DNA of 64,000 nucleotides from Dehalococcoidia bacterium (GCA_963662615.2 CAXXSR010000002.1:160001-224000), one strand, 5' to 3'; numbered from the stretch's first letter, positions 11,945 through 22,376 are shown. Program-made: numbers and translations. The notes: generated by a model not told the origin, from the sequence alone.

Positions 11945-13222
11945 ATGCGCGCGGAGATCATCTCCATTGGCACGGAGCTGCTGCTGGGCGATATCCAGGA
12001 CACCAACTCGCGCTTTCTGGCGCAGCGGCTGCCGGCGCTGGGCATCGATCTGTACTTCATGCACCAGATCGGCGACAACCTGGACCGGCTGGCGGAGCTG
12101 TTGGGCATGGCGATGGGGCGCTCCGACCTGGTCCTGTGCAGCGGCGGGCTGGGCCCGACGGAGGACGACGAGACGCGGGCAGCCATCGCCAAGGCGCTGG
12201 GTGAGCAGCCGTACATCGTGCCCGAGCTGGAGGAGGAGTTGCGGGCCTTCTTCGCGCGTCGCAGCTATCCGATGCCGGAGCGGAACCTAAAGCAGGCGAC
12301 GTTGATCCCGTCGGCGGAAGTGATTCCGAACCCGCGCGGCACGGCGCCGGGCTGGTGGGTGGAAAAAGACGGCGCGATCATCGTGGCGATGCCGGGACCG
12401 CCGGCCGAGCTGTCGGGGATGTGGGCGAACGCGGTGGCGCCACGGCTGCGCGAGCGCAGCGACGGCGCCGTCATTGTCAGCCGAACGCTGAAAACCGTGG
12501 GCATCGGAGAGGGTGTGGTCGATGAGCTGGTGAGCCCCCTCCTGAAGAGCACGAATCCGAGCATTGGCGTGTACGCGAAGCCGGACGGCGTGCATCTGCG
12601 CTTGACGGCGAAGTGCCCGTCGGAGGCGGAGGCGCACAAGCTCATCAAGCCGGTGGAGGACGAGGTGCGTCGCATCTTTGGGACGGCGCTTTGGGGCACG
12701 GACGAGGAGACGCTGGCCGAGGCCGTGGGCGACCTGCTGAAGGAGAAGCGGTTGAGCGTGGCGGTGATGGAATCCTGCACGGGCGGCTTGGTGGCGAGCA
12801 ACCTGACCGACGTGCCCGGCTCCAGCGAATATTTCAAAGGCGGCCTGGTGACGTACACCGCGGAGGCCAAATTGCAGTACGGCGTGCCCGCGGAGACGAT
12901 CATTCAACACGGCGTCGTCAGTGAGGCGACGGCCCGGGCGATGGCCACGGCGGTGCGCAAGGAGATGGGGGCGGATATTGGCGTGGGGGTGACGGGTGTC
13001 GCCGGGCCCGAGCCGCACGAGGGCGAGCGGGTGGGCACGATGCACATTGGCATTGAGACGCCGGAGACGAGCGCGCACACCAGCTACGTGTTCGCCCAGA
13101 CGCGGGCGGCGATCAAGAACCGGGCGGTCACCACGGCGCTGCTGCTGATCCGTCGGGCGGCGCTGGGCGAGCTGACCGGAGGGTTTCAGCAGGCGCTGGG
13201 CGGGCGGCCGTCGCAGAGGTAG
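11945..13222 (+). CDS. cinA: Competence/damage-inducible protein CinA (MoCF-like domain plus PncC)
   Basis: IGTELLLG..DTN, GGLGPTEDD and ESCTGG motifs. Confidence 0.95.
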   Translation: MRAEIISIGTELLLGDIQDTNSRFLAQRLPALGIDLYFMHQIGDNLDRLAELLGMAMGRSDLVLCSGGLGPTEDDETRAAIAKALGEQPYIVPELEEELRAFFARRSYPMPERNLKQATLIPSAEVIPNPRGTAPGWWVEKDGAIIVAMPGPPAELSGMWANAVAPRLRERSDGAVIVSRTLKTVGIGEGVVDELVSPLLKSTNPSIGVYAKPDGVHLRLTAKCPSEAEAHKLIKPVEDEVRRIFGTALWGTDEETLAEAVGDLLKEKRLSVAVMESCTGGLVASNLTDVPGSSEYFKGGLVTYTAEAKLQYGVPAETIIQHGVVSEATARAMATAVRKEMGADIGVGVTGVAGPEPHEGERVGTMHIGIETPETSAHTSYVFAQTRAAIKNRAVTTALLLIRRAALGELTGGFQQALGGRPSQR

Positions 13223-13257
13223 GCGACGCCGGCGGGGCGGAGCGTCGCCAGCGCACC

Positions 13258-13312
13258 TTGACAAGTTCCTTAGAACGATCTAATAATTGGATTGTTCCAA
13301 CTTCGGGACGAT
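13258..13312 (+). promoter_or_regulatory. Sigma70-type promoter with putative PadR operator
   Basis: TTGACA-N17-TAATAA at 13258-13286, followed by the imperfect palindrome ATTGTTCC-N6-GGGACGAT. Confidence 0.7.
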
Positions 13313-13330
13313 CGAGAAAAGGGGGCGGCC

Positions 13331-13621
13331 ATGGCGCTGGCTCGGAATCAGCTGCGGGTGCTGGCTCACCTGGCAGCGCTTCACGTGGAGGTGGCGGGAA
13401 TCGCCGTGGCGGACGCGGTGGGAGAGCTGGGGCGCAGCAGCGTGTACGCCGCGCTGGCCGCGTTGCAGCGCGACGGGCTCATTGAGGCGCGCTGGGACCT
13501 CACCGCCTCGCACCCGCGGCGACTGCTCAGGATCAATCCTGCGGGGCGGCAAGCGTTGGCGGCGGAGCGGGAGGCGCTGGTGCGTGGACAGGTCATGGGC
13601 TCGACGGGCGGTGTGGCGTGA
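13331..13621 (+). CDS. PadR-family winged-helix regulator
   Basis: SSVYAALAALQRDGLIEARW...RRLLRI.PAG. Confidence 0.8.
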   Translation: MALARNQLRVLAHLAALHVEVAGIAVADAVGELGRSSVYAALAALQRDGLIEARWDLTASHPRRLLRINPAGRQALAAEREALVRGQVMGSTGGVA

Positions 13622-14439
13622 GCGCGGCTCCGGGGACGCAGCCGCCGGAGGCGACGGCGCCGCGGCTGCAGACGGCGCTGGGCTTCGTCACGCTCACGGT
13701 GCTGGGGCGGCCGTGGAGCGCGTTCTGGCTGTGGCTGTACCCGCAGGCGCGGCCCGCCGTGCTGTGGGCGCTGCATGACGAGGTGACCGCGGCGCCGGCC
13801 GGCGAGCGCTGGCGGCGTGGAGCGAGTTTTCTCCTTCGTCTGCCGTGGTTCGCGTCGGCGCAGGCGGCGGCTGAAGGGGAACCGGCGACGCGGACGGACG
13901 GGGATCCGCCCGAGCCGCCGTCCGAGCGCCCGGGCATCGGCGACGCCAGGAGGGCCGGACGGGTGGCGCTGGAGGCGCTGGGCTGGGTGGTAGCACTGCT
14001 CTTTATCGCCATCGCCGTGGTGATGTGGCTGCGCGCGTTCGGGACGCTCTTCGACCTGCTGGACGAGAGGCCGGTGCCCGGGGCGGCGGTGGGAGCGCTG
14101 GCGGTGATGATGGTGGTGGCGACGCTGCCGCTGGTGCTGGTGCACGAGCGTCGGCGGTTCGCCTGGACGCCACGATGGCGCGCCGGCACGGATCAAAGTG
14201 TGGTCGTCCGAATCGGATGGCGGCTGGCGCTGGTGGCGTTTGGCTTCCTCGCCTTCGTGGTCTGGCTGCGGGTGGTGGGGGGATACTTCGACGGCGTGGA
14301 GGACGGCGGCATCGTGACGATCGGTTTCTCCGCAGCGCTGGGGATGGGGGCGCTCGTGGTTCTGGCGGCGGCGCCGCTGCTCTACGTGGTCGTGCGCCGG
14401 CATTGGGTTGGGAATTCCCAACTAGACCGCGCGGGTTGA
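13618..14439 (+). CDS. PadR-associated multi-pass membrane protein
   Basis: GTGA overlap with the PadR gene; four hydrophobic segments. Confidence 0.7.
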   Translation: MSAAPGTQPPEATAPRLQTALGFVTLTVLGRPWSAFWLWLYPQARPAVLWALHDEVTAAPAGERWRRGASFLLRLPWFASAQAAAEGEPATRTDGDPPEPPSERPGIGDARRAGRVALEALGWVVALLFIAIAVVMWLRAFGTLFDLLDERPVPGAAVGALAVMMVVATLPLVLVHERRRFAWTPRWRAGTDQSVVVRIGWRLALVAFGFLAFVVWLRVVGGYFDGVEDGGIVTIGFSAALGMGALVVLAAAPLLYVVVRRHWVGNSQLDRAG

Positions 14440-14517
14440 TCGCCGAGCGGAGGACGATCTGCCGTCGCGGGCCCGTTGATTGCCTCCGGGCTCTGAAGGC
14501 GCAATTCTGAGCCCCGC

Positions 14518-15519
14518 ATGCTGACCGACGACGCCGTCCTGCCGATCGCGCTGGGGGACAACTGGATCTACGCGCTGCCGTCTTCGGCGGGGCTCGTCCT
14601 CATTGACGCGGGTCCGGACTATGAGGGGGCATGGGAAACGCTGGTCGCGCAGCTGGACGCGGCCGGCTTCGCCGCGTCCGATGTGCGCATCGTCGCGATC
14701 ACGCATGCGCACATCGACCACTGCGGGCTGGCCCGGCGCTGGCAGGAGGCCGGCGCAGTGGTCGCGGGCTGCGCGTCGGAAGCAGAGCGCTTCGCCCTGG
14801 GCGATCGCGTGGTGCGTTATCAGCAGGCCCTGGTCTTCCGCTTCTTCGCCGACTGCGGCGTGCCGGCGGCGCGCATTGAGGACGCGCGAGCGGGACGGCG
14901 CGCGGCCAGGCGTCGGCGGGAGCGCTGGCCGGGGCGGCTGCGTGGCACGCCCTTCACAGTGAACCGGGCGCTGGCGGATGGAGACGCGGTGGGGGTGGGC
15001 GAGCGACGGCTGCGGATGGTGGCGGCGCCGGGACACACGCCCGGCAACGCGGCCTTCTATGAAGAAGCGACGGGCTTGCTTTTCAGCGGCGACCAGCTCT
15101 TGCCCCAGACCACGGCGAGTCCCGGCATCCACTTCCAGGACGGCGGCGGGCGGCTGCGGAGCCTGCCGGCGTATTCGCGGTCGCTGGAGCGTATCCGCCA
15201 ACTAGGAGCGCGGCGGCTGTACCCGGGACACGGCGACTACGGCGGGGAGGTGGAGAGCGCCATCGCGTGGGCGCTGGAGCACCATCGGCGGCGGCAAGAG
15301 CGGCTGCTGGACTGCCTGCGGGAGCGAGCGTTGACTCCGTACGAAATGCTGGAGCGGCTGTTCCCGCGCCTGCCCGCGGCGCGGCTGTGGCAAGGGATGG
15401 CGGAGGTGGTGGGGCACATTGACGCGCTGGTGGAGCGAGGGGCGATCGTGGAGGAGCAGGGGGAGAACGGGGCGCTGCTGGTGCGCGTGGCTCCGCGGGA
15501 AGCAACTCCTAGCGCGTGA
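14518..15519 (+). CDS. Metallo-beta-lactamase fold hydrolase with C-terminal wHTH
   Basis: THAHIDH, PGHTPG, SGD and PGHG motifs. Confidence 0.92.
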   Translation: MLTDDAVLPIALGDNWIYALPSSAGLVLIDAGPDYEGAWETLVAQLDAAGFAASDVRIVAITHAHIDHCGLARRWQEAGAVVAGCASEAERFALGDRVVRYQQALVFRFFADCGVPAARIEDARAGRRAARRRRERWPGRLRGTPFTVNRALADGDAVGVGERRLRMVAAPGHTPGNAAFYEEATGLLFSGDQLLPQTTASPGIHFQDGGGRLRSLPAYSRSLERIRQLGARRLYPGHGDYGGEVESAIAWALEHHRRRQERLLDCLRERALTPYEMLERLFPRLPAARLWQGMAEVVGHIDALVERGAIVEEQGENGALLVRVAPREATPSA

Positions 15520-18500
15520 GGCGGCGGTAGAGGCTGGGCAGGCGGCGGGGGAGCTGCTCGATGTCGCCGACGACTTCATAGCCCATGTCCGCACACATCT
15601 GCTTGAGATAGTCGTGGCCGGCGCGGTCGACGGTGAGGCAGAAGGGGACCATGCCCTGTCGGCGGGCCTCGGTGAGGGCCATTTTGGTGTCGTGGATGGC
15701 GTACTCCTTTTCGGTGCGGTCGCGCCCGTAGCCGTGGTCCTGGGGGCGGCCGTCCGAGAGGAGGACGAGGATCTTCACACGGGCGTGGGCCTGGTCCAGC
15801 TTGTAAATGCAGTGGCGGATGGCCGGGCCCATGCGGGTGGAGCGCACCGGGGCGATCTTGTCGATGCGCTCCTTGACGCGCTCACTGAAGAGCTCATCGA
15901 GGTCCTTGACCACGTAGAACTCCACGTTGTCGCGGCCGTAGCCGCTGAAGCCGTAGACGCCGTAGGTGTCGCCGATGGTTTCCAGCGCCTCGATGAGGAG
16001 GACGACGGCATCCTTCTCCAAGTCGATGATGCGCTTGCTGGGGGTGCGCGCCTCCTGGGCGCGTTTCTGCGCCCACCAGCTGAGGTATTTACGCGGATCG
16101 TCTTGGATGCGGTCGTCGCCGGGCCCGGAGGGGCGCTGGCGGGCGATCTCTTCATCGGTGCTGGCGGACATGTCGAGAAGGAGGGCGACGGCGACGTCGC
16201 GCTCGACCTTGTTGCGACGGTAGTAGAGCTTGCCGTCCGTCACCGCCTGGGCCTTGCGCTGGACGATCCATTCGATCACGGCGTCGAGGTCGTAGTCCTC
16301 GCCGTCCGGCAGCCGCTTGATCTTGCGGAACATCTCAGGCTTGAGCTGCTCGAACTGGCGGCGCGTCTCGTTGACCAAGCTGGAGTGCTCGGCCAGGGTG
16401 CGGTCGTAGTACGCGGCGCTGCCGGCCTCCAGCCGCACCTCTTGCACGCGGCACCAGCGGGGCTTGTAGTCGTTGGCGCGGAAGTCCCATTCGTCGTAGT
16501 AGTAGGAGCCCGTCAGCTCCGCGAGGGGTTCGTCACCGTCGTCGCCGGTGCTGCTGTCGTCGCGGGTCTGCCCGCCCTCTTGCCCCTGCTGCTGCTGCTG
16601 CGCTTGCTGGACCTCCTTCATGAGGTTGTCGAGGAAGAGGCCGGAGGACTCGGCGAGATCGCCGTCGACGATGTCGTCAAGGTCAATCTCCACGCTCTTC
16701 TCCAGCAGCTCTTGCAACTGCTCCTTGGTGAGCGGCGGGCCGGCGCCCTCCTCCGCGCCTCCTTGTGACTTGAGCCGCATGAGCAGCTGCACGAGTTCCG
16801 GCTTGAAATCGCCGCGGAAGTCGACGGGGGCCGGGCTCTCGTAGGGCTGCTCGCCGCCGCTGGGCGTGTAGGGCATGAACGGCTCATCCGGGGAGGCGGC
16901 GCCACCGCCGGCGGGGAGCGTTGCGCCGTCCGGCTCGCCGCCCTCGGCGACGGTTTCCGCCACCTGGTTCCACTCCGAGGTCTCCAGCTCCACGTTGGGA
17001 ACGCGGGCCAGCCAGTGGTAGAGCAGGACGGTGGCTTCAGCCGCATCTTCGACGGTGGCATCCTGGTGGCGGACGCGCTCAAGCGTGCGCAAGGGCTCGC
17101 GCATGATGTCGTGCAGCTCCGCCGGCCAGCGGATCTCGGCGTGCTCGTCCAAGCTGGCGCGGAGCAGGTTCTCGACCATGGCCTGACGGGCGGGCATGGT
17201 CTCCACGGGTTTGCGCCGTTCGGTCGCATCGCGTTGCAGGCGATTGAGCGACTTGCGGATGCCGGCATACTCGCGCTTGATGGCGGTGTCGATGCGAGTG
17301 TCCTCCACGATGGTGAAGATGTCGTGAGCGAGGCGGCGGTCCTCAAAGAGGTCGAAGAAGCGTTCCATCTCCGTCAACGGCGCCGGCTCGCGGGAGGCCG
17401 GGCGGCCGGCGGCGCGGCCCTGGTCGCCCCAGAGCCGTCCCGGCCGCTCATAGTCGAAGCCAAAGGAGCCAAACTCCAGGCGAGCCGCTTGGTGGGTGGC
17501 GAAGACTTTGTAGACGGCGAAGTTCTCCTCCTTGGACCGGCTCTGCTCCACGCTGGGCGGCAGGTAGATGGCGGTGCCCTCCGTGGTGGGGCTGCCTCCG
17601 TCCACCCAGCCCACGCCCTTCTCCGCCAGGCGCTCCAGCGACTGGACGGCGACGTCCGTGCCGGTGAGCGCCTTGCAGTACATGCGGATCAGATCGCTGA
17701 TCCGTTCCAGATCCACACGGGAGGAGAGGGCGTCGATGATCTCTTCGCCCTTGGATGATTCCAGACGGAAGTAAGCTTCGCCGCCGTCGACGCTGGCGGT
17801 CAGGATGGCAAGTCCGGAGGCTTGCCACTGCGCCAGATCCTCTGTGCGCAGGCGTCGGAGCGCTTCCGGCGCCGATTTGATGAACTCGATCGCTGCGACG
17901 CCCGAGTAGGGGACCAGCTCTTCCGACAGCTCGAGCAGCTTCCGGTGGCTCTCGCGATCCACCTCGGTGAGGGCCTGGGCGGCTTCCATGAAATAGGGGT
18001 GGCCGAGGCGGCCGACGGCGAGGGCGACGCGGCCCGTGAGCATGAGGAAGCGGGCACGCTGCTGGGCTTGGACCTGCCGGAGCAGGCCGGGACCGCGCTC
18101 GAAGTACACGCGCGCGTCCACCCAGGCCGTGTTGGCGACCACGGCGCCGAACTCCAAGAAGGGGGCACGGTCGGGGCGATCCAGTGCAGCGAGCACCCGG
18201 GGGGCCATGGTCAGGCAGGCGCTGGCCAGCTCGTAGGAGTGGCCCGAGAGCGCATCGATCAGCTCCACGAGCAGGCGCGTCTGACCAACGGGCAGATGCG
18301 GGAGCAGATCGGGACTGACTTCGAAGAACTGGGCGGCCAGGGAGCCGGACTTCCACGTCCCCTTGTAGAGGGAGCGGCCCTGCCCGGCCCAATCGTGCGC
18401 CTGCGTCACGGACAGGAAAGGCAGGGCGGCGGGGCTGACCCGGAAGTAGGCGCCGGCCAGCGCCGGCGACGCCTCCGCGAGGTCCGCGCCAATCTGACTC

Positions 18501-18757
18501 CATTCGCGGAAGCGGTCGAAGGGCAAGCGTTCCAGGACGGCCGGGCTGACGCGGAAGAACTCGCGGGCCGCCTCCCACGAGCGCAGGGAGGCGGCGGCGA
18601 TGTGGAGGCCGTCATGGCTCCAACTGCGCAGTTGCGTCGTCGAGAGCACGTTGAGCAGAGCCGGATGCGCGGTCTCGAATTCGCGGAAGAGGGCCGGCGG
18701 ATACGCGCCCAGGGCCTCCCGCATGCGGGCCAAGGTCGCTTCGTAGGATTCGGTCAT
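15509..18757 (-). CDS. CbbO/NorD-like von Willebrand A domain protein
   Basis: YYYDEWDF...Y...WC, MIDAS DMSAST, STRMGPAIRH and LSDGRPQD motifs; adjacent to a CbbQ/NorQ ATPase. Confidence 0.9.
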   Translation of the reverse strand: MTESYEATLARMREALGAYPPALFREFETAHPALLNVLSTTQLRSWSHDGLHIAAASLRSWEAAREFFRVSPAVLERLPFDRFREWSQIGADLAEASPALAGAYFRVSPAALPFLSVTQAHDWAGQGRSLYKGTWKSGSLAAQFFEVSPDLLPHLPVGQTRLLVELIDALSGHSYELASACLTMAPRVLAALDRPDRAPFLEFGAVVANTAWVDARVYFERGPGLLRQVQAQQRARFLMLTGRVALAVGRLGHPYFMEAAQALTEVDRESHRKLLELSEELVPYSGVAAIEFIKSAPEALRRLRTEDLAQWQASGLAILTASVDGGEAYFRLESSKGEEIIDALSSRVDLERISDLIRMYCKALTGTDVAVQSLERLAEKGVGWVDGGSPTTEGTAIYLPPSVEQSRSKEENFAVYKVFATHQAARLEFGSFGFDYERPGRLWGDQGRAAGRPASREPAPLTEMERFFDLFEDRRLAHDIFTIVEDTRIDTAIKREYAGIRKSLNRLQRDATERRKPVETMPARQAMVENLLRASLDEHAEIRWPAELHDIMREPLRTLERVRHQDATVEDAAEATVLLYHWLARVPNVELETSEWNQVAETVAEGGEPDGATLPAGGGAASPDEPFMPYTPSGGEQPYESPAPVDFRGDFKPELVQLLMRLKSQGGAEEGAGPPLTKEQLQELLEKSVEIDLDDIVDGDLAESSGLFLDNLMKEVQQAQQQQQGQEGGQTRDDSSTGDDGDEPLAELTGSYYYDEWDFRANDYKPRWCRVQEVRLEAGSAAYYDRTLAEHSSLVNETRRQFEQLKPEMFRKIKRLPDGEDYDLDAVIEWIVQRKAQAVTDGKLYYRRNKVERDVAVALLLDMSASTDEEIARQRPSGPGDDRIQDDPRKYLSWWAQKRAQEARTPSKRIIDLEKDAVVLLIEALETIGDTYGVYGFSGYGRDNVEFYVVKDLDELFSERVKERIDKIAPVRSTRMGPAIRHCIYKLDQAHARVKILVLLSDGRPQDHGYGRDRTEKEYAIHDTKMALTEARRQGMVPFCLTVDRAGHDYLKQMCADMGYEVVGDIEQLPRRLPSLYRRLTR

Positions 18758-18941
18758 GGCCGCGATCTCAACTGCGACGCGCCTGCGGGCGCCGCGACAC
18801 CCTTGGCGATGATTACGCCTTCAGACATAGCTTCCCAACCAGCATATGCGCTGCGCGGGGGGGCCGGCGCACGGTGGCGGAGGGGGCAACGGTAGATCTC
18901 CGCTGGAGAAAGGGGACGGGACCGGTCAGCTAGGGGAGCGC

Positions 18942-19838
18942 TCATTCGAAGATGGAAGAGATGACCTCTTCAATGCTGCGCTGCACGTCGCTGTCGTCCG
19001 TGAGCGCCCAGGCGATCGCGACCTGGCAGGCGCGGCGGGGGGTGATCCCGGAGTTGATCAGCTTCCCGGCGTAGATGAGGAGGCGGGTGCTGGCGCCCTC
19101 GCTGAGGCCGTGCTCACGGAGGTGGCGCACCTTTTCACCCATCTTGGCGAGGTTGAGGGCATGATCGGCGTCGACGCCGGACTCGTGTGCGACGATCTCG
19201 GCTTCAACCTCGCGCGAGGGGTAGCGGAACTCAATAGCCACGAAGCGCTGGCGGGTGCTCTGCTTGAGGTCTTTGATGGCGCTCTGGTAGCCCGGGTTGA
19301 ACGAGATCACCAAGAGGAAGCCGTCCCGCGCTTGGATGATCTGCGACTTCTTCTCCACGGGCAAAATGCGGCGGTGGTCAGTGAGGGGATGGATGATGAC
19401 GGTGGTGTCCTTGCGCGCCTCCACCACTTCATCCAGGTAGCAGATGGCGCCCGCCTTGACGGCGCGGGTGAGGGGGCCGTCCAACCAGCGAGTTTCCTCG
19501 CCCTCCAGCAGATAGCGGCCGACCAGGTCGCTGGCGGTGAGGTCCTCGTGGCAGGCCACGGTGACTAGGGGCAGATTGCTCTCCTGTTCGATCTCCTTCT
19601 TGCCATCCCGGAACACCACGAGCGGGCGGGTGAGGTGGTAGGCCATGTACTCAATAAAGCGCGTCTTGCCGCAGCCGGTGGGGCCCTTGAGGAGAACGGG
19701 GATCTTGGACTCCCAGGCTGCCCGGAACAGCTCCACTTCGTCCCCAATGGGGACGTAGTAGGGCTCGGTCTCCAGGCGGAACTCTTCCACCGCCCAGGAG
19801 CGGTACTCTGCCAACACCTCGCCGGAAGTGGACGCCAT
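18942..19838 (-). CDS. CbbQ/NirQ/NorQ-family MoxR AAA+ ATPase
   Basis: [30 protein letters not shown] and STRLL motifs. Confidence 0.95.
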   Translation of the reverse strand: MASTSGEVLAEYRSWAVEEFRLETEPYYVPIGDEVELFRAAWESKIPVLLKGPTGCGKTRFIEYMAYHLTRPLVVFRDGKKEIEQESNLPLVTVACHEDLTASDLVGRYLLEGEETRWLDGPLTRAVKAGAICYLDEVVEARKDTTVIIHPLTDHRRILPVEKKSQIIQARDGFLLVISFNPGYQSAIKDLKQSTRQRFVAIEFRYPSREVEAEIVAHESGVDADHALNLAKMGEKVRHLREHGLSEGASTRLLIYAGKLINSGITPRRACQVAIAWALTDDSDVQRSIEEVISSIFE

Positions 19839-19853
19839 ATCCGCCGTCTCCGC

Positions 19854-20465
19854 CTAGCTCATCACCAGCAGCCGGCGCCGCAGGGCCCGCCAGGTTTCCA
19901 TCACTCGAACGCGCACTTCGTCTAGCGAGCAGTCCGTGCGGAGGACCACGTCGGCGTGGGCCTCACGCTCGGCGTTGGGCATCTGGGCCCGAATCCGGCG
20001 ATCCGCCTCTTCGTCGCTCCAGCCGTCGCGTTCCTTGAGACGCTCCCGTGCCACCGCGGGGGGGACGCTCAACACCCAAACCTCGTCCACCAGGTCGTAC
20101 CAGCCCGCCTCGATCAGCAGCGCGGCTTCCAACACCGCCACCTCCACTCCGCGACGGCGCAGCGCGGCGAGCTCCTCGGTCGCCAGTTTGCGGATAGCGG
20201 GCCAGACAAGGTCTGTCAATCGCCTCATCTGGTCCGGCCCGCCGAAGGCGAGGCCGCCCAAGGCCCGCCGATCGATGGCGCCGTCCGTGCCGACGATGCC
20301 GTCTCCGAAGGCATCGACGACGCGCCGGAACGTCTCGGTCCCCGGCGCATAGGCACGGTGCCCAAGCTGATCGGCGTCGATCACGGCGGCGCCGACTTCG
20401 GCGAGCATCGCGGTGACGGTGGATTTGCCGGAGGCGATGCCGCCGGTCACACCAACCGAGCGCAT
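19854..20465 (-). CDS. coaE: Dephospho-CoA kinase
   Basis: GVTGGIASGKS, IDAD and RIRAQM motifs. Real start is ATG at 20465; the ORF-track N-terminal extension is spurious. Confidence 0.95.
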   Translation of the reverse strand: MRSVGVTGGIASGKSTVTAMLAEVGAAVIDADQLGHRAYAPGTETFRRVVDAFGDGIVGTDGAIDRRALGGLAFGGPDQMRRLTDLVWPAIRKLATEELAALRRRGVEVAVLEAALLIEAGWYDLVDEVWVLSVPPAVARERLKERDGWSDEEADRRIRAQMPNAEREAHADVVLRTDCSLDEVRVRVMETWRALRRRLLVMS

Positions 20466-20599
20466 CAGACGATCCCGATCAGGCAACAAACGAGGCCCGA
20501 TCCTCGGGCCTCGGGGCCATGCTAACAAGCCGTGATCTAGGCGGTCAAGCAAGGTCCGTCCTGGTACGAGGCCAGGTAGGAGAGGGGGACCTCCCGCAC

Positions 20600-20681
20600 C
20601 ATTGTTGAGCAGCCATTGTTGCCTAGGCATTGTTGACTCGCACTGTTTACTCGCATTGTTGACTGGGCCTTGTTTACTAGG
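20600..20681. repeat. Six tandem 13-14 nt repeats, consensus CATTGTT(G/T)ACTNG
   Basis: Units read directly at 20600, 20614, 20628, 20641, 20654 and 20668. Confidence 0.85.
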
Positions 20682-20855
20682 AGGTCGGCGAGAGCGCGAA
20701 AGTTTGCTAGATTCGAGTGCAGGGCTTGGGGATGGGTCGCGCTTGGGGTCCGTCGCGATGGTGGAGGCTGCAGGTGGGTTTCGCCCCGGCGGACGGCCCG
20801 AACGGGACGAGCGTTTCGCGACAACGGCGCCGAGCAGCAGAGACGGGTCCAGGCG

Positions 20856-21329
20856 ATGACCGTTGAAGCGCAGAGCAGCACCGCCGACCTGGAAGAGGCG
20901 CGGGAAAAACTGATCCACAGCTTCGCTCCGCTTCCCGACGACCTCCTGGACGACGCGAACGTGGTGGGCACATGGAGCATCCACGAGTGTCTGGCACACA
21001 TCCTGGCCTGGGATGAGTGGGGCGAGAAAGCGCGGGGGGCGTTCGAGCGGGGCGAAGAGGCGGTCACCCCGGATGACGAGGCCATCAACGCAGCCGTGAA
21101 CGAGCGCCGCCGGCACTCCTCCGGCGCCGACGCGCAACGTCGCTTGCGGGCCGGGCGGCTGCCAATCGTGAGTTGGCTCGCGGCCATGAGCGACGCGGAA
21201 CGGTCGCAGCGGCGCTACGTGCTGGACCGACGGCGGATATCGGCGAACGACTTCGTTGACGGCTTCATTGAGCACGATCTGGAGCACGCCTGCGAGATCC
21301 GCGCCTGGCGCAAGACGAGAAGGCTGTAG
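20856..21329 (+). CDS. DinB/ClbS-like four-helix protein
   Basis: WSIHECLAHILAWD and EHDLEH metal-binding His pattern. Confidence 0.82.
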   Translation: MTVEAQSSTADLEEAREKLIHSFAPLPDDLLDDANVVGTWSIHECLAHILAWDEWGEKARGAFERGEEAVTPDDEAINAAVNERRRHSSGADAQRRLRAGRLPIVSWLAAMSDAERSQRRYVLDRRRISANDFVDGFIEHDLEHACEIRAWRKTRRL

Positions 21330-21383
21330 CCGCAGGCTGCCCGCCATCGCCGCAAGGGACAGCAGCCTCGCGGAGGCGCGGCC

Positions 21384-22376
21384 CTAACTCTTCGCCATAA
21401 CTTTCTTGAAGGCTTCCTCCAGCGCCGGCAGGACCTTCTTGTAATCGTCCACGAGGCCGAAGCGAGCGAAGCGGAAGATGTTGGCGCCGGGGTCCTTGTT
21501 GATCGCCAGGATGTTCTTGCTGCCGCTGCAGCCTGCCATGTGCTGACTGGCGCCGCTGATGGCGACGGCGATGTAGAGGTTGGGCGAGACGACGGTGCCG
21601 GTCAGGCCCACCTGCTGGCTGGGCGGATACCAGCCCAGGTCACAGGCAGCGCGACTGGCGCCGACGGCCGCGCCCAGGATGGCCGCCAGCCGCTCCAGGT
21701 CGCCGAATGCCTCCGGTGCGCCCAGGCCACGACCGCCGGAGACGACGATGTCGGCGTCTTCCAGGCGCACGCCCTCCGCCTCCGCCGTCACCTTCTCGGT
21801 GACTGTGGCGCGGGCCTTCGCGACTTCCACCTCGATCGCCTCCACGGCGCCGGTGCGACCGGGATCTTGCGAGAGCGGCTCCTGCGACTTGGCACGCACG
21901 GTGATGACCTGCGGGTCCGTCAGCACGCTGACGACTTGGCGCGCGTTGCCGCCGTAGCAAGCGCGCGTGACGCGGACCCGGTCGCCGGCGACCGCGAGGT
22001 CGAGCGCGTCCATGGCGGCGGCGCTATCCAGGCGCGTGGCGAGCCGCGGCGCCAGATCCCGGCCCATGCTGGTCTGGCCCAAGAGGATCACGGTGGGGGC
22101 GGCGCGGCGGGCGATCTCCGCGGCGATGGGGAGGTAGGTCTCGATCTGGTATTGCGCGAGGCTGACGTGATCGGCGACGTAGACGGTGTTGGCACCGGCG
22201 GCAATGGCCACCTTGGCCGGAGTCTCCAGGTCGGCGCCGATGAGGGCGCAGGCGACCTCTCCACCGAGATCCGCGCTGAGGCGCACGGCCGCGCCCAGCA
22301 GCTCTTTCGTGATCGCCGCGAGCGCGCCCGCGGTCTCTGCGGAGGTGGCTTCGCCAATGACCAGCACGCTCGTCAT
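21384..22376 (-). CDS. etfA: Electron transfer flavoprotein alpha subunit
   Basis: VSGGRG, GASRA, QVGLTG and ISGASQH motifs. Confidence 0.97.
   Translation of the reverse strand: MTSVLVIGEATSAETAGALAAITKELLGAAVRLSADLGGEVACALIGADLETPAKVAIAAGANTVYVADHVSLAQYQIETYLPIAAEIARRAAPTVILLGQTSMGRDLAPRLATRLDSAAAMDALDLAVAGDRVRVTRACYGGNARQVVSVLTDPQVITVRAKSQEPLSQDPGRTGAVEAIEVEVAKARATVTEKVTAEAEGVRLEDADIVVSGGRGLGAPEAFGDLERLAAILGAAVGASRAACDLGWYPPSQQVGLTGTVVSPNLYIAVAISGASQHMAGCSGSKNILAINKDPGANIFRFARFGLVDDYKKVLPALEEAFKKVMAKS

Noticed and set aside
15509-19838. Evidence for Calvin cycle or denitrification
   Set aside because: No Rubisco or nor/nir structural genes in the window; the family assignment alone does not identify the client.
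20600-20681. Possible CRISPR array
   Set aside because: Units are 13-14 nt and abut with no unique spacers; no cas genes in the window.
19854-21347. 497-aa CoaE fusion, and similar extended N-termini for etfB, cinA, acyl-CoA dehydrogenase and fliP in the ORF track
   Set aside because: The extensions are open-frame run-ons across intergenic DNA or other genes; motifs and RBSs indicate internal starts.
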